DNA of 61,099 nucleotides, the filler included, from Basidiobolus ranarum (taxonomy: Eukaryota): the NCBI GenBank assembly GCA_040143965.1. It is 7 parts of 7 records of this genome, joined end to end, with 100 filler letters (N's around TTAATTAATTAA, not from the genome) between each part and the next. Parts side by side here need not be neighbours in the genome. Positions count along the whole stretch, not along the records: positions 8,769 to 17,424 come from JASJQH010000943.1; positions 17,525 to 26,170 come from JASJQH010000944.1; 5 more parts are not named here. One strand, given 5' to 3'. The notes under the pieces are model-generated. The model saw only the letters and a program-made list of their open reading frames with translations, had not been told where the DNA came from and searched no databases. Position numbers and translations under genes: made by a program. The stretch's first letter is position 1, and the number at the start of each line of letters is the position of its first letter. Shown here in pieces: positions 13,381-26,170 of this stretch.

Positions 13381-15311
13381 TTAGTGAATAGGGTTAGGAA
13401 CAGCTTCTGATAGTTCATCTTCGCCATCGAGTTCTCTACCCATCTTTTTGTCTAGTCGACAGACAGGGTTGTTCTTAATCATAGTCAAGTCAACCTTATG
13501 TCCTAACAGCTCACGAATGTTATCAATATCGTATTTGATCATGGTGGGTCGTTCCAAAGAAAGACCCCAGGCAATCACACGAACATCAGGATCTAAACCA
13601 AGGGGAAGCAACATCTCAGGACGGAACATTCCAGAGTTACCAATTTCTACCCATTTTCCAAGACCCTCGTGATATGAGAAGATCTCCATACTGGGTTCAG
13701 TATAAGGGTTGAAGGCAGGCTTGAAACGAATGTTCTTAACACCAAGCTTCTTGAAGAACTCCTCCAAGAATCCGATGAGATCACCGAGGGTCAAGTTCTT
13801 GTCGGCAACCACACCTTCAACTTGATGGAATTCGGCCAAATGGGTAGCATCAACAGTTTCATTACGGAAGACACGATCGATGGAGAAGTACTTGGCAGGT
13901 TTGAACTCGGGTTGGTTAGCAAGGTGATAAAGCATGTTGGAACTGACAGCGGTGGTGTGAGTTCTGAGTAAAAGCTTTTGAGCTTCTTCTTCCTTCCAGT
14001 CATACCCGTAACCAATGGAGCCATGACCACCGTTGGTATGAATATCCTTGACCTTCTTCAAAAGTTCTTGGGGGAAACTATCAGTAGTAGCGGGATCCTT
14101 CAAGAAGAAAGTGTCATGCATATCACGAGCAGGATGTTGTTGAGGTTGGAAAAGGGCGTCAAAGTTCCAGAAGGAAGACTCGACAAACTTGTTAGTAGGC
14201 ATCTCACTGAAACCCATTTCGAAGAAAATTTGACGGAATTCCTCACGGACTTTAAGGAGAGGATGAAGATGACCACCAGGTGGGGAAATACCAACAGCAT
14301 CAAAGTTGTACTTCTTGAAGCTTTGATTTCTCCACTCGCCACTAAATTTATTCAACACTGTAAGTAATGTTTATTGAAAGGATATAAAGGGTCCTAATGA
14401 CACTAACCTTTGCATCATTTCGTAAGTTAATTCGGTGGCTTGCTTTTGAATAGTCAAAGCGAATTTGGCACCCTTCTTTACGGAGTAGGTGGTAACTTTC
14501 CTATATGGATTTAACGCATTATGAAAACAATCGAATGAAAACATCAAGTAAAAAGTGAGATATTACTGTTTATCGCAAAGCTTTCTACGCTTCAATTCCT
14601 TGAGTACTTCGGCGTTGGAGTGAGTTCCAGTTTGCTTGATGACGAGCAAGTCATCCTTGGTCTGATCTTCAACCTTCTCAACCTAGAAATGGGTAACGAA
14701 ATAGAGTTAAAAAAAGCCTTCATAAGAGGTAATCAATTGAAGACACTTACGGAGCGAACAAGATTAGCGCCGTTCTTTTTGATCCATTTGTTCTTGAAAG
14801 CTTTGCCTTGACCAATCTTAGCGACATTGCCAAGCTTTGACTACAAAGCGAGGTGAGTAAGAAATTCGGTTGATATTCATGAATAAAGAAGAAATAACAA
14901 ACAAATTTCTTTGTTCTTTAATTTGAACACGTACTTGAAGTTCAGCGATAGCAATACCCTCTTCTCCCTCTGGAATAGCGTTGAATACGGTAACTTCATG
15001 ACTACCAGTTTCAGCGATTTCTTTTCCTTCTTCTGATAAATACCAGACTTCAGTATCGAGAGACTTATACTCAACCATCTTGATAGAAAATAAACGCTAA
15101 TAAGTCCTCAAGAAACCAAAAAATTATCCAGTTTCCTATAATTTCCAGATGGAATACACACCTCCTTGCTCAACAAACTGTTGAGAGCACCGAGCAAAAC
15201 AAGTTGGTCGACAACAGCTCCATCTTCCAAAGTAAAATCTTGGGTGTCAGCGATCTCACCTTGAGTATCAAGGGTTTTAAGAACGTGAAGTTGAAGGCTT
15301 TCCTGTGACAT
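13381..15311 (-). CDS. FRS2: Cytoplasmic phenylalanyl-tRNA synthetase alpha subunit, 6 exons
   Basis: N-terminal [23 protein letters not shown], then [78 protein letters not shown] and [16 protein letters not shown] introns. Confidence 0.97.
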
Positions 15312-16512
15312 AGCAATAAAAGAAATAAACAAAGCTACTTCGGCGAAAGGAGCAAACGGATATTCGAAGACATCAAAGTATGGTGAAAATTTCTGATTTG
15401 AAAGATGGGTGGATGGAAATTTTTGTCGAAAGTTTAAAAAAAAAATAGCCCATCAGAATTAGCGCTACAATATTCAGCATCGTTGTCACTAGTAATACTC
15501 GTAAAGTTGTTTAAGTTTGATTTTGAAATAATAATCTATATAAACTGGAAAATACATTTATGATGAGGGTTTTATATTTTACTTTATATCATTACACTAC
15601 TGCGTTAGACTAACAGTCGTGTTTATCATGAATGCCGTGAACGCATATCTTCGTTGGTCAAGCTTCAACAATATACGATTAGTTCATTACCAGCTTTCTT
15701 ACAATGAATAATGACCAGACCACTGTAATTTAATGGTGACTAATTTATAAGCATAACACCAACAACTGGATGTACATTTGCTTTTATTGTTTGGTTGGGA
15801 AACTTAGAAAACATGACCTTACTGATGGTGCTCTTACCGGTCTTTGGTGAATTAAAAAGGGTAGAAAGTTGTTCAATATTCATATATGTCATGATAATTA
15901 CAATTTATGGTTTCTCTTGTTGTCGAAGGTAAACATACACATGTGTCGGTATTTTACAGTATTAAGCATATAAAAATCAGAAAAATAACCTTTCCTGACG
16001 GTTTCCCAGGTAGGCATGTTTTCAGTTATTACTCCACATAACTCTAACCCGGCCTTTGGCACTATTAAGAAATTTATCTAGTTTTCAAGAACATCCAAAC
16101 CAAACTCAAGTTGACTTACATCCTTCGAATAAAAGAGAAGGATACTTACAATAAACAACCACATATTATACCTCCGCAGTACAATAAATGGTGATTCAAC
16201 GAGTTGAGAGAAACCAGGCCTATTAAGTTAGCTAATAGTAGCGTATTGATTACCAAAAAAATAGATCATTAAACTACTGCTTCATGTTGTTGATAAAAAA
16301 CAACATATAAAATAAATTCGAACACAAAAATAAAAAATGGGCCCATATTATTATAATGGAGCTTCATTAAGCTAGGTAATTTCTTTCATTACGTTGATCC
16401 GGGGGCTGCTAAATCGCCCCAACCTTTTTTTTTTTCTTCAACATAGACCATATAAAAGCAGTTTTTCCAATTATCTTCATCTCATCGTTTGATCGATTCA
16501 TATACGTTCATC

Positions 16513-17424
16513 ATGTCTTCTGCCACTGATAACAAGCAACATCTTTCCATCGTCATTTGTGGTCACGTCGATTCCGGTAAGTCTACCACTACCGGTCGTC
16601 TTCTCTTCGAACTCGGTGGTATCCCCGAGCGTGAGATGGACAAGTTGAAGCAAGAAGCCGAACGTCTTGGTAAATCTTCCTTCGCTTTCGCTTTCTATAT
16701 GGATCGTCAAAAGGATGAACGTGAACGTGGTGTCACCATTTCCTGCACCACCAAGGAATTCTTCACCGAGAAGTGGCATTACACCATCATTGATGCTCCC
16801 GGACACAGAGATTTCATCAAGAACATGATTTCCGGAGCCGCTCAAGCTGATGTTGCCCTTCTTATGGTCCCCGCCGATGGTAATTTCACCACCGCTATCC
16901 AAAAGGGTGACCACAAGGCCGGAGATATCCAAGGTCAAACTCGCCAACACGCTCGTCTTCTTAACCTTCTCGGTGTTAAGCAACTTATCATCGGTGTTAA
17001 CAAGATGGATTCCGATACCGCTGGTTACAAGGAAGACCGTTATGTTGAAATCCGTGATGAGATGCAAAACATGTTGATCAAGGTCGGATGGAAGAAGGAT
17101 TTCGTTGAACAATCCGTTCCCGTTATCCCTATCTCCGGATGGCAAGGTGATAACTTGTTGACCAAGTCTGCTAAGATGCCTTGGTGGAAGGGTATGGATG
17201 TTATCAACCAAGTTGGTGACAAGATCCACATTGATACTCTTCTCAACGCTTTGAACGAGATGGTTGTCCTCCCCACTCGTAACACCGAAGCTGCCATGCG
17301 TCTCCCCGTTTCCGGTATCTACAAGATCAAGGGTGTCGGAGATGTCGTTGCCGGACGTGTCGAACAAGGTACCGTTACCCCTAACACTGAAGTTATCTTC
17401 CTTCCTACCCACACCGCTGCCAAC
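16513..17424 (+). CDS. efl: Elongation factor-like GTPase EFL (not canonical eEF1A), truncated by gap
   Basis: HLSIVICGHVDSGKSTTTGRLLFELGGIPEREMDKLK, SSFAFAFYMDRQKDERERGVTISCTTKEFFT and VPADGNFTTAIQKGDHKAGDIQGQTRQHA are EFL-diagnostic. Strong codon bias; TATAAAA at 16451. Confidence 0.95.
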
Positions 17425-18824
17425 NNNNNNNNNNNNNNNNNNNNNNNNNNNNNNNNNNNNNNNNNNNNTTAATTAATTAANNNNNNNNNNNNNNNNNNNN
17501 NNNNNNNNNNNNNNNNNNNNNNNNTAGTATATTTTAAAGGGATTATAATATTGACATTGAGTACCAGGAAATTTCATCGTTGTCCACAAAAGAATCCGAT
17601 TTTGGAAGCAGAAAATCAGCTGGCCCAAATTGGAATAGAGTTGGGCGGAGTGAATCTTGTTTAGAAGTTCTCGACGTGTATAACAGCCGCGGGAATCTTG
17701 ACTACCAAGTTCATAGCCAAGCAAATATATCTTCTCTCCCTACCGATTCATGTCTATCGGACCGCTGATAATACCAAATTAGTGTCTGATTATAGCGTAG
17801 TTGAAGCGATCGGCCTAAATGGTATACTCTGCGTAAATTGGGCGTATTGGCTGCCACGAACTGTAGCCCCTGTAGTAAACCACTAAAGTATATCAAGGTT
17901 AGAGATTGCATAATACCCGCTGCGAGCATAGAAAGGAGTTTCTTTTGGGTTTACGTGTGGTTTTCGATTTGTCTCAAGACAATGAATAGTGAACGGGGTG
18001 GAGATACCTCATTATTGTACATCATGACAAATCATTGTGTAATGCTGTAATAGATCTTAAACAATATTTGACTGAATTGTTTGTAGACTTTGTATCTGAT
18101 GAAATGAACAAGTGAATTGACGGGCAACGAGAGAACCCGAATGCCAACATGTAAGGGATAGACGTGGGACATTAACGCGATGCAGAAGAAGCACAATGTT
18201 GCTGAGGGTGTCTGTGCATGGAGGTGATTGATAAAGCATGAACGGTTGAAAATTTCAACAGTTGTATATTTAGGAATCCCGCAAACAAACACCGAATAGA
18301 AATGAGCCATTCTTAGCACTACGTATTAAACCCATCTGGATCTTACAACCTGATAGTGTAAGGTGAGTGAGACAAGGTTTTTACGCATTCCATGCTCTGG
18401 AGTGCATTAACTATTGGGTCACTTGTGATATGATCGCGATCTGTGTGATGGAATTCGAGAAATAAGACTGGAAAGCAGACAGGAGGCTTGATCAATAGGT
18501 TGGTAATAATAATATCAATTAGAATATTAATAGTAGTTTAAAAAGAACTTAATTAACGCCAGGGGAGTGTAATGCATCCTAATTGGTGCACTACATCTAA
18601 TTATATTACAACTTGGACTTATTCTATTTCTCTACAGTCATTTTCACTTGTACCAAATTCGGCAGCCAGATTCCAACAGAAATCTAAATAAGCGGTCTAA
18701 ACCTCTGTTGTCGCCTCATTTTCTTGATGCCATTCGTATTCATACTTATTTGCTGATATCCGACTAGAGCCTCTTTCTTTACAACGTCTTACCACTTCAC
18801 ACGGTATAGAGCAGTCATACAAAA

Positions 18825-20279
18825 ATGTATGCTATATTTCTGCTTTGTCTGCTATTTTTCGTTCCTTGCATTTCGGCTGAGGAAGTGAAGAGATTTACCG
18901 ACGAACCGATATGCTACGAAAATATGCGTCCTTGGGACGCAAGTTCTCAGGTTCAAGTACCTTGCAAAATGGTAGAGGCCTCGAAGATTCGAGGTGACAA
19001 AGTCCTGGCTGTTGATGCCAACTCTACTATGCAGTTAAGCTTCCATTGCAGTTCAGACGAAGCTACCTGCAGTAAAGTACGAGCGACTTTTGATACTGCG
19101 TTCAAACTCATTTTGAATGTCATAACTCTCCAAGAATCTGTAACTGTAAATGCCTCATTTGTTCCCTTTTGTAAGGAACTTGGAGAATGCAACTCTCAGT
19201 ATCGTATACTAGGTAAGGTATTAAAAGATACAGAATTGTAAGAAAATTAAAAATAACCGTAATGCCTTGAAAATTGTAGGTAGCGCCGGTCCTGCCAGAA
19301 CCATGATTATGACTGATGATGATGGTCGTAGGAGGTCTTTCCCTCAAGCATTACTCAAACAGCAAAAACTCAATAGGCATCCTGTTTACAGTAAATTTGA
19401 TATCACTGCAGCATTCAATGCCGATGCTAATTTCTGGCTTCCAGTAAGTAGTAATTGTTTGAACTTTCTTGATTTGATGTCTAATCTACTCCCTATCCGC
19501 AGACTGACGGACGCCAAATCACCTCGAGCCGGAGCGACTTACTTTTTGTTATTGTACACGAGTTAATTCACGGGCTAGGGCTCACATCCTCTTGGGCAGA
19601 CTATATCAACGATGTTCCTCAAGTTTTGACACCTAATATCCTTGTATCCAATACTAAGAATTCTTTAGTGTTTGGCGGGTTTTTTGAGAATGCTTTCGAT
19701 CGGTATCTGGTCGAGTACCCCTCGATGCGTCCAATCTCACAAATTACGGATGAACTGAACCAATCTTTCGGTGGACCTGGTGCGCCTTTTGTGAGTGAAG
19801 CTCAGTTTGTTTCTACATTTGCAGTATCTAGTCAATACTCTGCCGGAGTTAGATTATTCAATCTTTCGACCACCCCTCAATCTCTAGCATTTTTGCCGAA
19901 GAATACATCTACCTCTGCTGATCCTATCATTTTAGAAACGAGTCTCAAACCTTACGCTCAAGGAAGTTCCATCTCTCACTTCGACTACAAAACCTACACC
20001 AACACTGCTGATTTTTTAATGCGTTATATGGAGGACCCTGGAACAACGCTAGAAGCTACTATCAAGAAAGGTGGAAATTACGCCGGTGGCCCTATTGGAC
20101 CCCATCTCACAAGCATTTTACAGACTTTGGGATATGAGATCAATCCCAATCCAAGACCAATTTCCGAGATCTTACCCGCTTCAAATCCAACGAATAGCTC
20201 GGCTACAAGGCCGACTCTCTCGTACTATGCCATGGCCTTGATGACATTCACCCTCTTTCTACGTAACTGTGAAGTGTAA
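18825..20279 (+). CDS. Secreted, probably GPI-anchored zinc metalloprotease-like protein (442 aa; exons 18825-19212, 19280-19443, 19503-20279)
   Basis: Signal peptide MYAIFLLCLLFFVPCISA; spliced VIVHELIHGLG (HExxH); downstream GSSISHFD..FLM; C-terminal S/T spacer plus hydrophobic tail. Confidence 0.8.
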
Positions 20280-21232
20280 GTGTAATGATACGACTCATGA
20301 CCGTGGTTTGAATTTATTTTATCATCTCACCTTGTTTCTTTTAAATCAATCTTTCCTACTATTTAATCATCCTTGTACTTTTCTCTCTTACTATTCTCAT
20401 TACTTATATAGTATTTTTGGAGAGTCACTTTTTGTGTAATTAAATTATTCTGAAGCGGGTTGACTTGGATAGAATAAAATTTAATCTTTGAACAATATAG
20501 ATGCACCATTGTCTAGCTTGATTTGCAAGCCATCATGTATTAATCTGGATATACTGTCTGACTTCGATACTTAAAAACAGGTAACCAGGGACTTATTTAC
20601 AAGGACAGCTCCGACTAGTTTTCTGCGCTCCTTATCACACAATCCGTACCGGAAGAGATTCATTCAGGAACAAGCTGAATAAACGTAGGCAAATTGTACA
20701 TCCTAGGATCCGAATCATATTAATAAAAACACAAGATATTACGTCCTTAGCAGATGCTCCCAAGCCCATGTAGTTCTACCGAGAGGGATCGTCCAAATTA
20801 TCAATCTATTTTCTGCTAGCAGTGCGTTCTGAATATCTTCAGTTTCTTTCCCACTTGATTTTCCAGTGAGAGATGAAGCTCGGTTCTATCAAAGGTCCAT
20901 TCAAGTTATGCAATATACCTGGAAGTGACCATTGATTGTTTTGATAGTCGCACCATATATATGATTTGCATACGTATTCATACACTTAACGTAACTTATC
21001 TTGGTAGGTCACAGTGAATATTACAACCATCTCAAGACTACTGGAAACTTCGGTTCAAACTTTAGCGCTTGTATTCAGTCTTTAGAAAGAGTACCAGTTG
21101 CTCTGGTACTTGATGGCTTAAGAACAGGATGATCCATACTAAATTAAATTCAGCTTCGTGGAATCGACCACAAATTTTTATTAATATTGATATTGGATGA
21201 AGTAGTATAATATTTACTCGGGACAATTCAGA

Positions 21233-22951
21233 CTAGATGACAAACCATATGATACAAAATATATATACACAAATGGCAGTAAAAGCTACTTCTGCTAACG
21301 TAGAGAAAAACTCTTTTAGTAAACTAATACACTTACTTCTCTTAGAGTCACCATATAAGTTCGAATTAAGTTTATACTCTCTCATCAAGTGAACAAGTAT
21401 AATGATGATTGACCAGACGAGGGCTACGATGTACATTAAATAGATGGTGAGTTGGTTCGGTAATAAGCAAATATCCAAGGCAAAGGATTCTTCTGGACTT
21501 TGGGTCTCCGCACCATCTGGGTTATGCAAGCTCAGTAGACCAAAGCTTGGTATTGAATTTCCCTAGAATTTATAGTTAGCATGCTGTAGATTCATGGATG
21601 TTGTATAGATGCACCTACTTGAGCCCAGGAAAACGTTCCAATCTGAGTAGTTCGATTGATTCAAGTAAAAATCATCAGTTTGTTAATATTTGTTAGACAA
21701 GATATATTAGAATAAGACATGGTTTACCGTATGCTATATCAATTGAAATATGAGTAAGAACCAGGTTGCAACAATTTGAGTAGGCTTTGTGAGTATATAT
21801 GTGGAAAGTTAAATACCTCTACAGCTGCTCCACCCTTATAGTGGTGCACATGTTCACATTGATCGTGATCATCTCCACTTAGGATCAGTACCGGTTTGAC
21901 ACCATTTAAAATGAGATTGCTTGGATCCTTCTCAATGAGATTTTGGAATTGGTAGCCCTTGCCTTGGTGGATAGGAGTGGGACCATTGCGTAAAGGACCA
22001 CAGGTAGCAGTATCTGGGCGGTAAAGCGGAACATGAGTAATAAGCACTTTCGGTAACAAAGTATCTATACTCAGAAAGGGATGATTTGGTTAATTTAGAT
22101 CCTAATATTCGCGTGCAGCCTTCCAAGCTGAAAAGAAAAATACCTTTAGATTTTTCTATCAGTGCTTGCGCTTCTCTCGCATACTTTTCGGAGCCACCAT
22201 TCAGAGCCATGGTATTGAGAACTACTATTGAATGATTCCCGATATTTACTGAATAATTGATTTCACCAAATTTATCAATAAATCTATCATAAGCATGAGG
22301 GACTGTGCTTTTGCCGAAGCCTATGTCGTGATTTCCAGCCACAGAAAACAAATATGTACTAGACTTTACAGTGGAGAATACGGAACTGAAACGGTCGTAT
22401 TCTTCGAACCAACTATAGGGTTATGAATTGCATTTGAGGATTGAAAACCAATAGTCAAAAAAAATCAATACTATGCTTACGCTTTATCTTCCCATTCACG
22501 GCCTCCATCAAATAAATCCCCAAGATAAAAGATAACCTGAGGTTCCATCTGGCTCTGTAATATACGATAGGTACGCTTCATATATATATCCGTGTAAAAT
22601 TCTACTAGACGGAGAATAAATCCATGCTGTTTGTAAGAATAAGCGTCGGTTATTTGAGGATCAGCAATCAACGCCAAACGTATTGGAGTTTTTCCCTACA
22701 AAGTAGATTAAAACGTGTTCAGTAATAGTCGTGCTTGTGAAGGCACTTACTTGAGGTAGAGTCCAATGAGATAGTGTAGGCCACGTGCAAGACCAAATGG
22801 CCAAATAGAAGCATAGTATTTCGCCATATAGGAGAAGAAGAGCCCATAAAATTTTGAGAATATTAGGTGGTCGAAAAGAAAATGTACCAACTGCAAGTAG
22901 TATCTTTTTCTTTACAATCCTAAGAACTCTAGGAAAGTTGACGGAATTCAT
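21233..22951 (-). CDS. CDC1: Calcineurin-like metallophosphoesterase Cdc1/PGAP5(MPPE1) family, 7 exons including 6-nt and 24-nt exons
   Basis: N-terminal TM, IADPQITD, GDLFDGGREW, AGNHDIGF, THVPLYR, GKGYQFQN, SGDDHDQC, E/HT/IGTFSWAQ/GNSIPSFGLLSL, two C-terminal TM segments. Confidence 0.88.
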
Positions 22952-24169
22952 GTTTTTAATAGATAAAAGGGGAAAGAATTGTTGAATGAGTTAGAGCCTC
23001 AGTTACTCTATTTCAGGATATATTAGGGGTCTTGTCCTATGTTATTAGCAAATTTTTTATTACGGATTCTTGTAATCAAACGAATATGTAAATACTGTAG
23101 TTAACTTGAGATATCAATTGCATGTAATAACCTTGTCTTCTTCAATCGCTATAATTGGCTGCTTGTTTATGCTCACGTGTCTTTATTTGCTTTCGATTGA
23201 TTTGCTCAACAGTGTAACATTTGTGATAGTTATCGAAATTGAGGTAGTGCTTTGGATAAATGTCCCAGAGAAGGTAGAAGTTGACATTACCTGCTCTGCT
23301 CTCTCGTCCACGTCAGAGTTAAATAGAAAGATATGCTCACAAAGGACGTCAACATCTTCATGGTGACCAACATTTTTATGCCTTTTCCAATTTGAAATCA
23401 CCCCAGGTATTAGAGCGTATTCAGTCGTCTTTTTATTATCTAACTTCAGGTAATTCTATTGTTGAGTCGAGAAACAACCACTCCCTGAACATCTTCGATT
23501 CTGCAGACTAGATGATACTATCAGAAAAATAAAAACCACTGGCTAGGTTTTATAATTAGCGGAAGTTGGTAATAAGCAAGATAATGATTCTCTTGTATAT
23601 TTGTTTCAGTCCTGGCACTCACTATGTTTACTTCACAATTAACCGGTGTTTCACCAATTTGATTTGAGGTCTCAGCAAATACTGAAGAGAGAACAACCAT
23701 GGCGATGTTATACGAAAACGACATATACCATGATAGTATAATATAGTGCTCAAAAAATAGATTGACTCTTCAATAAACGTTAAAAGCAAGTTCCACAGCC
23801 TTCGGTATCCGACACAAATTCAGAAAAATGACCATTCCAAACTCAGCGGCAAGCTAATGAATACAATCATACTCTGAAGACTCGCAATCACCTTTCCATA
23901 AACAATCGAAGCTGTTACTCAAGATAATGAGAATACCAGATGTTTTACTCACTAAAGAACTACGTACACCACTCTCCTTTTATTTCACCGTGATGAACAT
24001 TATAGTTCTGCCATCACCGCATAAATGCTATTTGATTGAGATAATGGAATCTAGATTTATAAGCTCTTGTATTCTGGTACTCTTACATTTGAGAATAGAA
24101 AGATATATATTCTTTTGAAAGGACGATTTCTATTTCGCTAGCTATATTGGGCTCTATTTAAACACGCCA

Positions 24170-24249
24170 GTCATATGATCGTTAAGGATTCGTCGTACAG
24201 AGGAGGAGAAAAGATGGTGCTAACAATGCACCTGTAAATAGTAGGATAT
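24170..24249 (-). other. Candidate U12-type AT-AC intron (80 nt) in the 3' UTR of the Alba gene
   Basis: Minus strand: ATATCCTAC at 24249, TCCTTAAC at 24188-24181, then gatcatatgAC ending at 24170. Confidence 0.65.
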
Positions 24250-24279
24250 TCGAATTGGTATACACAAGAGCATGTATGT

Positions 24280-24753
24280 TCAAACGTCTTTAGGCAGTAT
24301 AGTAGTAAGTGTGATCTCAATAACAGGAATACGACGACTTCCTTCCAAACTAAGTAAGAGGTTGAGCAAAATAAACCTAACATTTTGGGTTATAGAAAAA
24401 CTTACTCTTCTCTATTTTCATCTGAAGTCTTTTCCAATACTTGTGAATCAATATTTGTTTCCTGCTTGAGAGCGCCACTTCCTTGGAGGCGTTTGATTAT
24501 CTCAACTACGGTGACAGCCTTGGTGACAGCATTACCCTTGGCTTTGAATAGAATGGAATCAAAATTTTTTTCCTAATAATAATAAATCAGGGTTAAACAA
24601 AGATGCTGACGGCAACATTGAACATATAGGAACTACCTCTAATAGTTTGGTAGCGTATGAGACATAGCTCTTTATTTTTCCTTGCGAAGTAACATGGATC
24701 TCATTTTCTTCGCGTGAACCAAGAATCTCGGATTTCGAGGGGTTGTCCGACAT
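24280..24753 (-). CDS. Alba-domain (Rpp25/Pop6-like) nucleic-acid-binding protein, 3 exons
   Basis: NEIHVTSQGKIKSYVSYATKLLE/EKNFDSILFKAKGNAVTKAVTVVEIIKR../..RRIPVIEITL, matching the Alba G-x-A-x-x-K-A-V-x-V-x-E-I-I-K-R signature. Confidence 0.85.
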
Positions 24754-25914
24754 CGTTACTGATAAAGGTTCTAGGACGCAAATTTTACGATTTTCAATTC
24801 ATAACAAAATACAAATTATTCATTAAAAACAATCAACGATGACCAATTTCAATAATCATTATCATCCAAAATCTGGCAGTCCTTTTTTTCAATGATTCAA
24901 ACTGATTTAACTTTCATTCATTGTACTCGTTCTAACTGGATCAAATGTAGTTATGTTTGTTAGAACACTTTGCTCCCAGGTCAAAATTAGAATTCTATTT
25001 TTCGCCAGTAAATACTATCAATGGGCTACTTAGTTAAAAATAGTAAACTTGACGACTTTTATCGCCAACATTGTGCTATGCCGTACAAATATGAGGTTTT
25101 CCTCCCAGTATCTTTTTCATGATAATCAATCGTTTCCTCGTTTGTGCTCACTAGAAGGGTGGGATATTCGCAAAGCTTCCTTCTACACAAATGAAGACCT
25201 ACTAATAAGTTTTAGAAGTGAGAACTTCAGAGCTTTGCAATTTTCACAGGTAAGGCCATATGTAGTAAAGCTAACATACGTTTACTACGCTTAATTGATA
25301 CCAAATTATACTATTTTCGTAGGTAATCACGTTGTGATAGGGCTGTTCCTATGATTACTAGTCTGGGGATGGATGTTATCTACAGGTAAACAAATTGCGA
25401 TGCGAGGCCTAGCGCCTTTCTCTGCTCCAAAAGCATATATATAATTTCCCGTGAAAGTTGGGTAAGAGCTTGAGGATGCGCTAAAATTTGGAAAGGTGAT
25501 GCTTTAATTTGACCCGATATGCTTGTACTGCTTTTCCTGGCAATTATTCAAATCCAATCTACGTAGCTGTTTAATAAAGGATCTTGATGATTCTTGTCTT
25601 AAGAGTCAGTCCGGTAATGTAAAGCGCTTTCACTGATTCATTTGTACAAAAGAGGTATTGATATGGTTTTGTTGAGCCAAGTTAAATTAAAGATGGTTAA
25701 GAATCTGTGGAGATTATTTCCATCTTCTGCAGGAGAGCAGAGCGAATTTATTTCATAAATCTCCTATTCACCGGCTATCATTATGACCAAGTTATATAAG
25801 CATCTAAATTCCACTACAGAAATGCCAGATATTAGTTACTAGCATCTCCCTCCACACCGGTTTCTAAGTCGACTTTAAACTTCTTTTAATAAACACTAAT
25901 ATTCGAGTAAATCC

Positions 25915-26170
25915 ATGATGAAGGTTTTTGCTATTATCACCACTACCTATCTCATTGCTAGTAGCCAGGCCGCCACAAATTACCTGCCCAAGGCTGGAGC
26001 TGGCAATCAATGCGAAGCGGCGGATACTTACAACCAATGTATTGACAATGGTTTGGCCACCACGTGCTCACCCACCGATAATACCTGCAATTGTAAGCAA
26101 GCACAGATTTTGGTTGCCTGTGTCAACTACTGCACTAAGGACCTTGGTATTGCTGGATTGGGTGCAGCAC
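25915..26170 (+). CDS. Small secreted cysteine-rich protein (CFEM-like spacing), truncated by gap
   Basis: Signal peptide MMKVFAIITTTYLIASSQA, then C-x8-C-x8-C-x6-CxC-x8-C-x3-C; ORF open to the gap. Confidence 0.7.

Noticed and set aside
14376-14386. ATATCCTTT on the minus strand inside a PheRS intron
   Set aside because: Lies within a normal GT-AG intron with no U12 branch site; likely chance.
16498-17412. 304-aa antisense ORF over EFL (and 8798-9136 over GAPDH, 13978-14367 over PheRS)
   Set aside because: Shadow ORFs caused by the strong codon bias of highly expressed genes.
17525-18030. Possible spliced minus-strand gene start running into the gap
   Set aside because: Several frames are equally plausible and there is no recognisable motif.
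24247-24282. Possible TGA readthrough or selenocysteine at the Alba stop
   Set aside because: The Alba domain is complete before the TGA, there is no redox motif and no SECIS was recognised.
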